From positions 1 through 64,000 of the IMG/VR virus record IMGVR_UViG_3300030339_000003: DNA of 64,000 nt. The stretch is one strand, 5' to 3'. The notes under the pieces were generated by a model, which saw only the letters and a list, made by a program, of their open reading frames with translations, searched no databases and was not told the origin of the DNA. Shown piece by piece: positions 34,576 through 45,500 of the stretch (positions within the stretch are counted from its first letter, which is position 1; every line of letters begins with the position of its first letter). The position numbers and the translations under genes are program-made.

Positions 34576-37042
34576 AATGTATTGACGTATTCGTATTCAC
34601 TTCTCCACTAATAGTAAGACCGTCATAACGAATACCAATGATGTTCGGGTTAGGGAACATATTGGTCTGTGATGCATAATGCGAAACCATGATTAACTGT
34701 TGATGGTCTTTATTAACCATTAACTGTTGCACGTAATTAAAGAAACGACTGCGGTTAATTTCATCTAAGTAAACACCCACTTCGTCCATAATTAAAGGGA
34801 ACCAGTCAGGTTTATAACGCATGCCAACTTTACGGCTTACGAAATTGATTATCTCGGATTCACCCGCACTACATTCTGATGCATCGCTGTTAGAGGTATT
34901 CAAACCATTAATGACAGGAAACTTGTACGTCAGATCGCCATTGGCCTTATTACAGGGTTTGAGTAATAAGGGTATGTTGCTGAATTCCTTAATGTTAGCG
35001 TTAACATTACCGCAAAAAGTTTTAATGAAATCTAGCATGAGTTTTCCGATTAGCCCTTTATTCGGACAAAGCCCATCCATTGATAATTTCACCACTTTAA
35101 TACGACGTTTTAAACGTTTGATATCCGCATCGATTGACTCAACAACACTGGTCAATGATTTGTTACGGATGATCTCCGACATGATGTTATTCTTTTCTTT
35201 GGTACGTTCACTCACACCTATGTTGATGTGGTTTTTCAAACGGTAACGGTATTGGTCTTTAACGCACACACGGTAATTATTTAACAGCGCCTGGATCGAA
35301 GTACGTGTTTGTTCGTATTGTTCGATTTGTGTTAACAATAATTTTTGACGTGTAAGTTTACGTGTAAATAGACGTAAAGATTCGTTGTACCATATAACCT
35401 TACCTTCGGTGTGTTTAATCTTTTCGATTATCCCACCCATATAATTTTGGTTTATAACGTTTAAGCGTTCTAACAAACCTTCCTTTTCATCCATTAAAGG
35501 ATTGATTGCTTGTAAAGTTTGGTTATAAGTTAACAGTAAATTGATACCATTCATTAACCCACTTGATTCAACTTTACCAATTTCGTACTCTTTAACAATA
35601 TCAAACAGGGGTGCCGATGTACTACGTTGTTGTCTAATAAACGACATGATAGACTGCATCGTATTAAACCATTCGGCATCGTTCTCAATTAACTTGGTAT
35701 ACTTTTCAATGTCAGTATCGTATTGTTCCATTGAACGAGTTAATCCAGTGATATCAATTTGTAGATCTTTGATATCTTTAGGACTGATGCCCACTTTAAA
35801 GACGTGTGTGCAATCAGGACACGTTATATCAGTAGCCCCCAAGTAATGCTTCAACTTATGTTGCTTGGCTTCTAACAGCGCGCGAGTCTTGTGTTGTTCG
35901 TTAGACAACTTATCACGTAACTCGATATACTTGGTATAAGCGCCCCCAGTTAATTCAGGTGTTGAAGATATTTCTACACGGTACAAGTATTGTTTGAATT
36001 CATCCAATGCATTGACGTAACCTTTATAAAGATTAAATTGCTCCATCAACACGGGGTGTTCTGCTAACAGTGACTTTAACTGGTCGGCTTTGGTATTGTG
36101 ACGTTTAAGTTCAGACATAATCAAACTGAGACGTTTTTCAATTTGTTTAGGGTCTTGCTTAATATCTTGCATTGAAACATGTTCACTCAATTCAGCCATT
36201 AAGCCGGAATAGTAAGATTGCTTTTCTTTAACAATCACTAATGAACGTTCATTAATTTCAATGGTTTGACGTAATGAACTTAACGTGTAGCCTTCTGGGT
36301 TAGCGATAGATGTTTTTAATGCAGAGCCTAACAACGTTAACAGTTGTTGACGCATATCCAATAATCCAGGTTGCTCTAATGAACTTGACAGTTCGCCCAA
36401 CAATACCAGCCCTTGGCGTATTTCGTCATCAAGTTTGTTTGCATTAAGTAACAAATCAGTTTCACTCATGGATTGTAAATTTTCTAAATTAACCTTTTCC
36501 ATTGTGTAACGACCAATCTGATTTTTCAATGCTCCACGTAAAGAGTTATACTCGTCTTTTAGTTTATAGAACACTCCCATAACGTAATCGACATTATTTG
36601 GGTACAATGACATAATGTATTCTTTACGACGAGCTGGAGACATATTTGTAAACAAATCAATAGGGAACATGCCACTCAAAGTACGACACGTTGTTTGGTC
36701 AACACCAAAATGTGTTTCTGCTAACATCTTTTGTGCTGTTGCGGTTCCGCCCTTATTAAGGTTCTCGCCGTCTATCTCAAATTTGTGAATAGCTTCTTTA
36801 CCCATAATAGAAGTCATCACGTATTCTTTACCTTGCCACCGTATCGTAATTTGTTTACGACCACCGTCTTCAAACTTACTGGTTTCTGGTGGGAACGGAT
36901 GCATTTCTTTAATTGTTGTACTTTTACCGCTTCCGTTTGTACTGATGAATAAATTAACATCAGTAAGCTTTTTAAGTTCTAATAAGTGCACACCTGACGT
37001 TTTTAAAGGAATAAATCCTTCGAGTAAAAATGATGTAATCAT
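34574..37042 (-). CDS. sbcC: SbcC/Rad50-like ATPase (phiKZ gp165-like)
   Basis: NGSGKS Walker A, coiled coils, CPDC zinc hook, SAGE signature, MDE Walker B, VSH. Confidence 0.85.
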   Translation of the reverse strand: MITSFLLEGFIPLKTSGVHLLELKKLTDVNLFISTNGSGKSTTIKEMHPFPPETSKFEDGGRKQITIRWQGKEYVMTSIMGKEAIHKFEIDGENLNKGGTATAQKMLAETHFGVDQTTCRTLSGMFPIDLFTNMSPARRKEYIMSLYPNNVDYVMGVFYKLKDEYNSLRGALKNQIGRYTMEKVNLENLQSMSETDLLLNANKLDDEIRQGLVLLGELSSSLEQPGLLDMRQQLLTLLGSALKTSIANPEGYTLSSLRQTIEINERSLVIVKEKQSYYSGLMAELSEHVSMQDIKQDPKQIEKRLSLIMSELKRHNTKADQLKSLLAEHPVLMEQFNLYKGYVNALDEFKQYLYRVEISSTPELTGGAYTKYIELRDKLSNEQHKTRALLEAKQHKLKHYLGATDITCPDCTHVFKVGISPKDIKDLQIDITGLTRSMEQYDTDIEKYTKLIENDAEWFNTMQSIMSFIRQQRSTSAPLFDIVKEYEIGKVESSGLMNGINLLLTYNQTLQAINPLMDEKEGLLERLNVINQNYMGGIIEKIKHTEGKVIWYNESLRLFTRKLTRQKLLLTQIEQYEQTRTSIQALLNNYRVCVKDQYRYRLKNHINIGVSERTKEKNNIMSEIIRNKSLTSVVESIDADIKRLKRRIKVVKLSMDGLCPNKGLIGKLMLDFIKTFCGNVNANIKEFSNIPLLLKPCNKANGDLTYKFPVINGLNTSNSDASECSAGESEIINFVSRKVGMRYKPDWFPLIMDEVGVYLDEINRSRFFNYVQQLMVNKDHQQLIMVSHYASQTNMFPNPNIIGIRYDGLTISGEVNTNTSIH

Positions 37043-37121
37043 CTGCTCGCCTAATCGTATGTAAATTTAATTAACTGGACTATTAAATAGTCGCTGCAGT
37101 ATCAAATTATGGTGGGGCCTT

Positions 37122-38069
37122 ATGAACGTTTTACAATGTGTCGGTACGGGTACTGTTTCGAATACTAAGAATACAAACACAAAAGAAATATTTGTGTATT
37201 TACCTTTAAATAACCCAACTGCCGAAGGGGGTGTTCAACTCGATGTTAAACAAGTTGAAAACACCGCTCAAGACTCGGAAGGTAAACCTGTTACTACCAA
37301 TGTACTCAAATCTAACAAAATGGTACCAGCTACTTGGATAGCATTAGGTGAACCTAACCGCTTAACACCCCCAGACGTTCGTGAAGGTACACAGGTCGCA
37401 CTGTATAACGTTACCGGGTCTTCTGACTACTACTGGACTACTTTTGGTTTTGCTGCCGAAACCATGCGTTTAGAAACAGTTATATTCGGTTGGAACGGTG
37501 ACCCTAATATCAGTAAAGATTCTACCTTTGATATTAGTAAGTATTATCAGTTTACAATTGATACTCGTAGTGGCGTAGTGAGTTTCCGTAACAGTAATGC
37601 TAATGGTGAAGCAACTATTTTAGATTTGACCTTTAACTATATGGCGGGTCATCTTTCTTTGTCAGGTGCTCAGAAAAGTCAATTAATCTTTGATGATGTG
37701 GAACATTCAATAACTTACATCAATGCCGAAGAATCCATATTTTCAATCAATAAAGAAAAAGCATTAATTTACACCAAAGATTCAATTGTGATGCATGCAG
37801 AAAAGCTTATGCAATTTGAGACAAAGCAATTCTTTTTAACAGCAGAGCAAACAGTCATTGAATCTACTGTCGGTACTCGCATTACAAGTCCAATCACAGA
37901 GCACATTGGGGATTTTAATGTAACTGGTGGCATTACTGCCAGTAAAGATATTGAAGCAAAAGGGATGGTCAAAGGTCTTAAAGGCGTTGGAAGTTCTACC
38001 ATTGATCTGGATAAACACGTCCATGGTAATGGTAACGATGGTAACGATACAAACATTCCACACATGTAA
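37122..38069 (+). CDS. Baseplate central spike (phiKZ gp164-like)
   Basis: NRLTPPDVREG, beta-rich C-terminus, tip motif LDKHVH (HxH). Confidence 0.75.
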   Translation: MNVLQCVGTGTVSNTKNTNTKEIFVYLPLNNPTAEGGVQLDVKQVENTAQDSEGKPVTTNVLKSNKMVPATWIALGEPNRLTPPDVREGTQVALYNVTGSSDYYWTTFGFAAETMRLETVIFGWNGDPNISKDSTFDISKYYQFTIDTRSGVVSFRNSNANGEATILDLTFNYMAGHLSLSGAQKSQLIFDDVEHSITYINAEESIFSINKEKALIYTKDSIVMHAEKLMQFETKQFFLTAEQTVIESTVGTRITSPITEHIGDFNVTGGITASKDIEAKGMVKGLKGVGSSTIDLDKHVHGNGNDGNDTNIPHM

Positions 38070-38072
38070 ATA

Positions 38073-38104
38073 TAACTACTACTCCCGCAAGGGAGTAGTA
38101 GTTA
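38073..38104. terminator. Bidirectional terminator
   Basis: TAACTACTACTCCC-GCAA-GGGAGTAGTAGTTA between convergent genes. Confidence 0.85.
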
Positions 38105-38110
38105 GTATTA

Positions 38111-39694
38111 TTAATAAGCGTTTGTATTGATGTTAAACGTATAGTTAGCCGCGCCACTTGCTTTCTCACGAATATGTACAATAACAGTAAAGTCATTTGC
38201 AGCAGATGGCATTTGAGTAATAGAAACAGTCCCACGTCCTACTACATTGGACAATGATGCTGTAACCGTACCCGCTTGAGCAATGTTGGCATTTGCTTGG
38301 TTAGGGAATGTTTGTGTTGCACTAATATAAGTATTAATGTCACCACCGCCACCAACCCACGCTAAGCCAGTATCCCATTGTTCCCCACCTACGTAGAATG
38401 TACCCGCTGATGAGTTTTGGCCTGTATTCACACGAACAGTACATTGACCTGTACGCATGTTGTAATACACGTCACCTTGGTCATCTGGTGTCACGTTACA
38501 TTGAACTACAACCGCTTTAACATAAGGCACTTGAGATACGACAGCACCATAAGGAATACTGGTTTGTTGCCCCAAGTTAGTGCCGCTGACCAAGAGCTGA
38601 GCAGTAACACGTCTTACACCACTTTGGTTATCATTAAAGCGAACGTACACACGAGCAGATGTTACATTACTAATGCTAAGGTTGTCCTGCCAGTTTGCAT
38701 TATCAAAACTGTACTGGAAGAAGTTCCCATTGTTTGATGAAGGTTCGGCATCACTGATATTAAACGTATTATTCGGTGATGAATCACTAATAGGTAACGT
38801 TAAATCAATGAACCCAATGGTGTAGTTATTAATGAGATAACCACGTTCAGTACCGGTATTATCATAATAACGGAAACCAAATCCTTGGGATATATTCGCG
38901 CCGTATACTGCCGAAGTTAAACTACGCGCTTGTCCTGCAATAGAACCGTTTGTAACCAACTGAGACGTTACACGCCGCCAACCTGCGCCCGTGTCATTAA
39001 AGCGCACATAGACACGTACGGCTGAACCGTTTTGAACAGTACCGGGATTCCATGTTAATGAATCGGCCCAACTGGCGTTATCAAAACTGTATTGGAAATA
39101 ATTACCGCCATTAGACCCGGGTTCGGCGTCACTAATGTTAAAACTGGCATTAGGGAAACTAAATGGAAGATCCAATACAAGATCGATGAAACCGATACGG
39201 TAATTATTAATATCTCCTGCTGAACGTTCGACACCATTAGAATCATAATAACGATAACGTAACGCATTGGCAGGAACTGCATACAAATCATAACCGTAAG
39301 TCGTTGAAGTCCAAGTCGGTGGATTCCATTGCCCAACAGGTGTTAGAACGAATTTAGCTTTGACGTGTTTGGTTTCATTATAGTTATCCACACACTTGAT
39401 ATAAACACGGATTGTTCCATTGGCTGGAATTGACACGTAATCAAATGTTAATGAATTGCTATAAGTTCCGTTTTGGGTAGTAGAATAAGTGAAATAATTA
39501 CCTCCGTTACCGCCGTCTTCCACATCAGTTAACGTAAAGAACAAATAGTTAACGTCCTTCGTATTAAACTTAATATCCATCGATTTAATACGACCGGTTG
39601 AAGACGTGTCTTGTGGAAGATCGTTAACGTTGTATTGTGCGTAACTCAGACTACCATTTAAGAGAGTCTGAATCCATCCATAATCAACTATCAT
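38111..39694 (-). CDS. Tail-associated/adhesin-like protein with three internal repeats
   Basis: Repeats containing D.E..[GS]N[GN]GN[YF]F.YS..RVY; lies at the end of the tail-fibre operon. Confidence 0.7.
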   Translation of the reverse strand: MIVDYGWIQTLLNGSLSYAQYNVNDLPQDTSSTGRIKSMDIKFNTKDVNYLFFTLTDVEDGGNGGNYFTYSTTQNGTYSNSLTFDYVSIPANGTIRVYIKCVDNYNETKHVKAKFVLTPVGQWNPPTWTSTTYGYDLYAVPANALRYRYYDSNGVERSAGDINNYRIGFIDLVLDLPFSFPNASFNISDAEPGSNGGNYFQYSFDNASWADSLTWNPGTVQNGSAVRVYVRFNDTGAGWRRVTSQLVTNGSIAGQARSLTSAVYGANISQGFGFRYYDNTGTERGYLINNYTIGFIDLTLPISDSSPNNTFNISDAEPSSNNGNFFQYSFDNANWQDNLSISNVTSARVYVRFNDNQSGVRRVTAQLLVSGTNLGQQTSIPYGAVVSQVPYVKAVVVQCNVTPDDQGDVYYNMRTGQCTVRVNTGQNSSAGTFYVGGEQWDTGLAWVGGGGDINTYISATQTFPNQANANIAQAGTVTASLSNVVGRGTVSITQMPSAANDFTVIVHIREKASGAANYTFNINTNAY

Positions 39695-39703
39695 ACTGAA
39701 TCC

Positions 39704-42577
39704 TTATCGATCACGAATAACGTCAACGTACTGGAAGAAGTCCGTAGAACCACGAACTGACCCGTCATCCACCACCATCGGAATCGTACGACCATGACGT
39801 TCACTGGAAATCAAATGTTTATCCAACACGATATAACTACGCGTATAAACAACACCAGTACCGTCCAAGTCTTGAGCAATCAATAACGCATTGTTGTCCG
39901 GAGGCAACATCACGTTGGAAGCAGTTAACTCAACCACACCAAAGTTTTCTTCTAAATAGAAGTAAGCTGGAGATGTAGTATAACTGACTTCCATAGCTTC
40001 TGCTATTTTAATCGCTAATCCGTTAATGACACAACGATAACCTTCCGGGATAATAACAAACTTTGCAGCCGCTGGCCGGTATGGGTCAAAATATGGTGCG
40101 GCGTTTGGAGAAGTCATCAGTGTTTCGGTAATGGAATTAGAACGGTTTTGGAAGATACCCACTTTAGGGATGACTACAGGCGGATATAATTCCTTGGCTA
40201 CATCGAATGAAGCACTACCATTATAAAGCTGAGCTGGAATGGTGTAAGTCCGATTAAACCCTGGAGCAGTGGCAGTGTAATCAGATAACCAAAACGAAAC
40301 ATCACCAGCCACTTTACCAAATGCTCGGTTCAGTACAAATTTCATTCCGTTACCCGCTTGGTAAACTAACAAATCAGAATGATAAGAATAAAGATTATCA
40401 TTTGATTTAGAAGTACGGGTTCCTGAATTAATTTGAGTTGCGTTACTGATGGTGTAACGAGTATCCGAACTTGACAAATTCAATGTAAATACATTTGCCG
40501 CTAACGTATAAGTGGTGAGAGCCGCCTCTAAATAAACCAGACCGTCAGACCAAATACACAAAGCTCGGTTGTTAGGAAGTGCAAATATAGATTGACTAAA
40601 TTCACGAGGATAATTATCCGCATTCCCGCCGTAAAGTCCAAGCGCGCTACTGTTACGCTTAAAGGAAGCCATATGCAAATTCATAACCAATTGCGATACA
40701 GCATCCAATGTGACTTTAGCGCCTAAAACCCAAGCACCGTTATTGTACGCGACAGACGCATAACCGGTAAACTGATTAGCATCTGTAAAGCACAACCCAT
40801 TCAAACTGACTTCACCTGTCATTTGTGAAATAGACACTAATGACTTAGGTGTAGTAACCGAAATGTCTCGCTCAGTAATACTGTCTGGTGTATTCACACC
40901 ATAACGTGTAGCCGGGTTCCCCACAACGGTATGAATCAGTGAATTGTTCCAATTCAATTCCTTATAGATATAACTGCCTTTATCATTTGCCAAACAATAA
41001 CTTAACATTACTGTACGGTTTGCAGTTCCACTGATAGGAATAACGCGTTCTGACAAATCACCAAAACTAAAGTGACGAGTTGGTGTAAAGATTTGGGTAT
41101 TCGCATCAGAAGCAGGGTAAGTGATCGTAGGGTCTTCCAATAAAGGAATAACACCTTCGTATTCTGTTTGGATTAATTTCATCCGCAAAGAGTTACGAGT
41201 AGCAAAAGCATTGACGACCAAACCGTTTTCATTGATAACGCCAGGCGCGCTAACCAAGTCTAACAAGTTATCGTCCACCACATCCACTAACCATTTGCAA
41301 TTAGCCAGATCATCAACCGTAGTGATGCTATCAACAGTAAATGGAATTAGTGATGCAATTGACCCGACGTCATTAATAACCAATTTGCCCGGATGGACAG
41401 ATTCGGTAAACGTTAAGATTTTGTTTACTACTGTTGTTCCAATCGTAATCTTAACAGGTAAAGAAACGCTCATTAAGAACTCTTTATCCTGTACGCGCCA
41501 ATCTGCCGTAATGGTTGGATTATCACCTGCTGCTAAAGCAGACTCAATAATGACACCAGGACCCGTTGTGAAGAAATCCAGTAAACGAATAGAACGTGTT
41601 TTCTGGATAGCATCGGTAACGTTAGACATATTAACCGTGTTGTACACAGCTTTATAAGCAGTGGTTACAATCTGGGATAATGTTGGATTGTTTTCAGGGT
41701 CGTTAACACCAAAGAAATAATGACCTAAAGACAACACGTTGTTAGCAATGCTGCAACTGATCAAACAACCTTTATGTGTAATGTCACCAAAAGTCGAAGA
41801 CAGCACCACGTACGTGTTACCACTGGACGGAATAGTAGAAGCATAGTCGTACACCCCTTTATTCGCCAATGGTCTGAAAATGCCAATTTGACCAGCAGAA
41901 TTCATCGCTCCCTTCATGTTCCAACCGGTGCCAGTATAATAATTCGCAATCATGCGTTCTTCACTTAAAGATAATGCATTGAGCGACTTAACCGTATCTG
42001 AATAGAACATCGAGTACGGTCCGGCAAAAGATGATTCATAACCAGGAGAAACAATCACGCGGTCAGAGTTCATGATTAACGTACAAGGACCCGGTTTAAA
42101 ATAAGGAACCGTCCATGGGTCTTTAGCCGCACGTTTGAATTGATCGATGTGATGTAAGAATGCAAAAGGTAACCGCACGTTCTGCTGATAAATAGACGTG
42201 TCATATCCAATCAAAGAAGTTTGGATTTTGCTTTTCATCCCAGCTGGGGTAACAAAAGCATTAGATACGTTATTATTGTAATCAGTAGGAATAACCGCAG
42301 TACGGAAGTTATCAACTTTTTCCAGTTTAACTGTTTGAGTTGTTTCACCGTGTACCAATCCTACTTGTGCGATATGTTGGTCTGTGGGTGTTTGGTGTAA
42401 TGTTACCCATGAAGCTATTACGCCGGCTAAGTAATTTAAGTTATCTTGGATAACGCCATTATCTTCATTAATAGTGTTTTCCAATTTATAACGTAATGCA
42501 TTCAAAGAACTCAATAAACCCCCAAGGTGGGGGTCTTTGTTTTCTTCTACAGGAGGCTCTCCGCCCAAAATGATCAT
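39704..42577 (-). CDS. Tail fibre-like virion protein
   Basis: HI....VHGET..V.L.KVDNF motif; C-terminal ..S.ERHG..IP shared with paralogs. Confidence 0.7.
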   Translation of the reverse strand: MIILGGEPPVEENKDPHLGGLLSSLNALRYKLENTINEDNGVIQDNLNYLAGVIASWVTLHQTPTDQHIAQVGLVHGETTQTVKLEKVDNFRTAVIPTDYNNNVSNAFVTPAGMKSKIQTSLIGYDTSIYQQNVRLPFAFLHHIDQFKRAAKDPWTVPYFKPGPCTLIMNSDRVIVSPGYESSFAGPYSMFYSDTVKSLNALSLSEERMIANYYTGTGWNMKGAMNSAGQIGIFRPLANKGVYDYASTIPSSGNTYVVLSSTFGDITHKGCLISCSIANNVLSLGHYFFGVNDPENNPTLSQIVTTAYKAVYNTVNMSNVTDAIQKTRSIRLLDFFTTGPGVIIESALAAGDNPTITADWRVQDKEFLMSVSLPVKITIGTTVVNKILTFTESVHPGKLVINDVGSIASLIPFTVDSITTVDDLANCKWLVDVVDDNLLDLVSAPGVINENGLVVNAFATRNSLRMKLIQTEYEGVIPLLEDPTITYPASDANTQIFTPTRHFSFGDLSERVIPISGTANRTVMLSYCLANDKGSYIYKELNWNNSLIHTVVGNPATRYGVNTPDSITERDISVTTPKSLVSISQMTGEVSLNGLCFTDANQFTGYASVAYNNGAWVLGAKVTLDAVSQLVMNLHMASFKRNSSALGLYGGNADNYPREFSQSIFALPNNRALCIWSDGLVYLEAALTTYTLAANVFTLNLSSSDTRYTISNATQINSGTRTSKSNDNLYSYHSDLLVYQAGNGMKFVLNRAFGKVAGDVSFWLSDYTATAPGFNRTYTIPAQLYNGSASFDVAKELYPPVVIPKVGIFQNRSNSITETLMTSPNAAPYFDPYRPAAAKFVIIPEGYRCVINGLAIKIAEAMEVSYTTSPAYFYLEENFGVVELTASNVMLPPDNNALLIAQDLDGTGVVYTRSYIVLDKHLISSERHGRTIPMVVDDGSVRGSTDFFQYVDVIRDR

Positions 42578-42585
42578 GGTTGCTC

Positions 42586-45500
42586 CTAGAGATTGGAACC
42601 CGTCGGTAAATCTGATTGATAGATGTAATCCAATACACCTGCATCCATTGGTAGACCGATAGACACTGGGACTGAACCCGCAATACGTGCTGTAGACAAT
42701 ATTGCGTCACCAATCATAAACGTTGATTTCCGATTGATTAACAGAATTTGCAAAGCATTGGTAATAACTTCAGCAGCAGGAATTAAAGACAGATTATGTC
42801 TGATCTTTTTACCCGATACAATAAAGTAAGCTTTGTCACCGTAACACGTTGCATAAACATAAAACGTTTTGTTACCCGGGGATGGATCGATATCACGTAA
42901 ATCAACTGTGCCTGTTGGGGCGTCGTATTGAGTTCCGTTGATAACTAACTTAGTCCCTGCTTTGAAATAGATAATCCAACCTGAGTCAGGATAGCAACTG
43001 GATAACAAATAAGGGCCATCAGTTGTGTTAGCGATACAACATGCTTGTCCTGTATAGGTTTGGTCGTACAAAGCAGCAAAACCTACTTTAGGAATCATTG
43101 CAATAGAACCACTTGGTGTATAGCTTCCTGAGGTAACCACACTACGGGTAAACTTATTCGTACTCAGATTATAATCGTAATCCGGATAGAATGCCGTACT
43201 ACCACCTGAAACTTTACCCAGTAAACCAGAACTTCCTTTTACAGTAATAACGTTTCCATTTTTGTAACTTTGGAAATGTCCTGTTGTCCCACCTACTTGA
43301 ACATAGAAACTAGGACTTGCTGTGTCCCCGCCACCCATTGTTAAAATAGTAGAAGCATCAAGGAAAACTGGAGCAGTGATTGGGTATACACCATTGACAG
43401 GCGCGCCTACAGTAAAGTTAATTGCCAACACTTGAAGACGGATAGTTGACGGGCTGCTCGGCGAGTACCAATGAACATTAACAAACATTGGTTGGTTAGC
43501 TGATAGCCCGGCGTTGGAGATATCCCGCTGAGGAATACTAACACGTAATCCCATAACAGTAGCGGTAGATCCATCTGACTGCACCATAGACTTGATTTGG
43601 TTCAGTACGCTTGCCGTCATACCGTAATAATTATTAGCGACAACATTTAACGTCATGTCATCATCTTTAAATGTTTTAGTCACTGACCGTGGGCAAACAT
43701 AATAATTATCCAAAACGGTAGCCATATTACCGACTTGACGTGAAACATTATTCCATGCACCATTAACCAACAACAGTCCCATTCCTGACAATGTTGTTAC
43801 GCCCATCTCGACACCAGCTGCTGCTAATTCGGCTGCTGTTCCGCTATATGCGTTAAACAATTGCCCGTTATGAAGGTTACTACGATAAACGGTATTTACT
43901 AAAGGGCGCGCTTTCATATTACTAAGTTTAATGTTAGTAATGCCCGCTCTCAAAGCAAAAGCACCGGTTACTTTGCGGAAACCCATAATGGAGTTTTGTG
44001 CATTAATGTCTAACCCAGGAATCCATTCTCCATCGATATCATTGGCTGGAACGTTAGAACCTCCACCAATTTGTAAAGGCGCTGGAGTTTTAATTGCGAT
44101 GTTAAATGAAGTCCAATTATTCGCCGCAAGTGTTGCATTAGCTGTTGATTTTAACAAAGCGTCAGCTGCAGTGGTATTACCGCCTTTAAGCCCTATGAAC
44201 CCGGTAGGCACATAAACGTGGTCACCGTTATCACGAAGTACCAACAAGTCACCAGTACGCGTTACAATCCCGCCATAAGGTCCCCAGTTATATCCCGCCA
44301 CGTTAGCCGCAAAATCGCTCAATACAAATTTACTTGAACCCGACAAACCATCATTCGCATTTAACGCATTAATGGGTTGTTGCGCCGCAATAGTAATTGC
44401 CCCACTGATACAATTTATACGAATAGTCATTTCAAAACTGACGTATTGGAACCAGTTCAAATCAGCATTACGATACAAAGGACGATGCACAACTTTCATC
44501 AACATGACGTCAGGTGATTCTTCGGCAAAGAAAATAGCCGCATTATAACGTCTAACAATGTCGGTTGCATAAGGTGTGATTGTATTAATAAAACGAGTAA
44601 TGTGACCTTGCGCATCTGTTACCGTAGCATCAGGAATCCAATATGCCGAATTAGTATATTGATTACCTGTCAGATCTTTAAAGGTCACCGGCACCGCTGT
44701 AAAAGTCACAACAGTTTTAGTCGTCAAATCACTGACTAATGCGCGATAGAAATAAACTTTAAGATCGTCTGGCTGGCTTACAATGTAAATGTAAGTTTTT
44801 GTCTTAAAGCAATGACAAAACGTTGGGTCGGTTAAAGAAGCGCCAGGGATATTACTTAAATCAAATTCTTTATAGTTGTGTGTGTCAGGATTTAACGTGC
44901 CGTTAGTTAAAGCACCAAACCATTTCCCTTTAACTGAGTCACCCGCAACCATAACCCCAGGGCCTGAGCCTAACATAACTGTATCTAAAGCATATCCCTG
45001 AGCTGTTAAAGCAGCGTTGGCATATTTAAACCCGGTAAAATAATAAGGTTTAGTCGCGTCTTTATAATCGTCAATAAAACTAAAGTACAAACCTTTTACA
45101 CGACCGTCATAATGACGTTTAACGGAAACCAAACGACCATTGTTTTCAAGACACATAGCAGCGCAGTTGTTGTCAGTCCCTAAACCTTCAAAAGAGCCAT
45201 CGATGACAGGTGGCAAATAATCATCAGCTGTTAAAGAAGAAATTGGTAGTAGACCGTTATTTAATAAACCTGATGTATCAGGAACAGCTGCTTTAATGGC
45301 TGCTAATGCACCGGCGCTGGTAGAAAACAAATTAGTTGTTGTACCTAGAACATCTTGCGCTACAGTAGCAGTAGCAAAGTTATCGATGTTTTGTAATAAC
45401 AACATGGCTGCTGTAACTTTGTGGGGGTTACCACTATTCCGACCATGATTAATTAAATTGGTATTAACTAGATTATATTTAGCAATCAAGTTTTTAAGTG

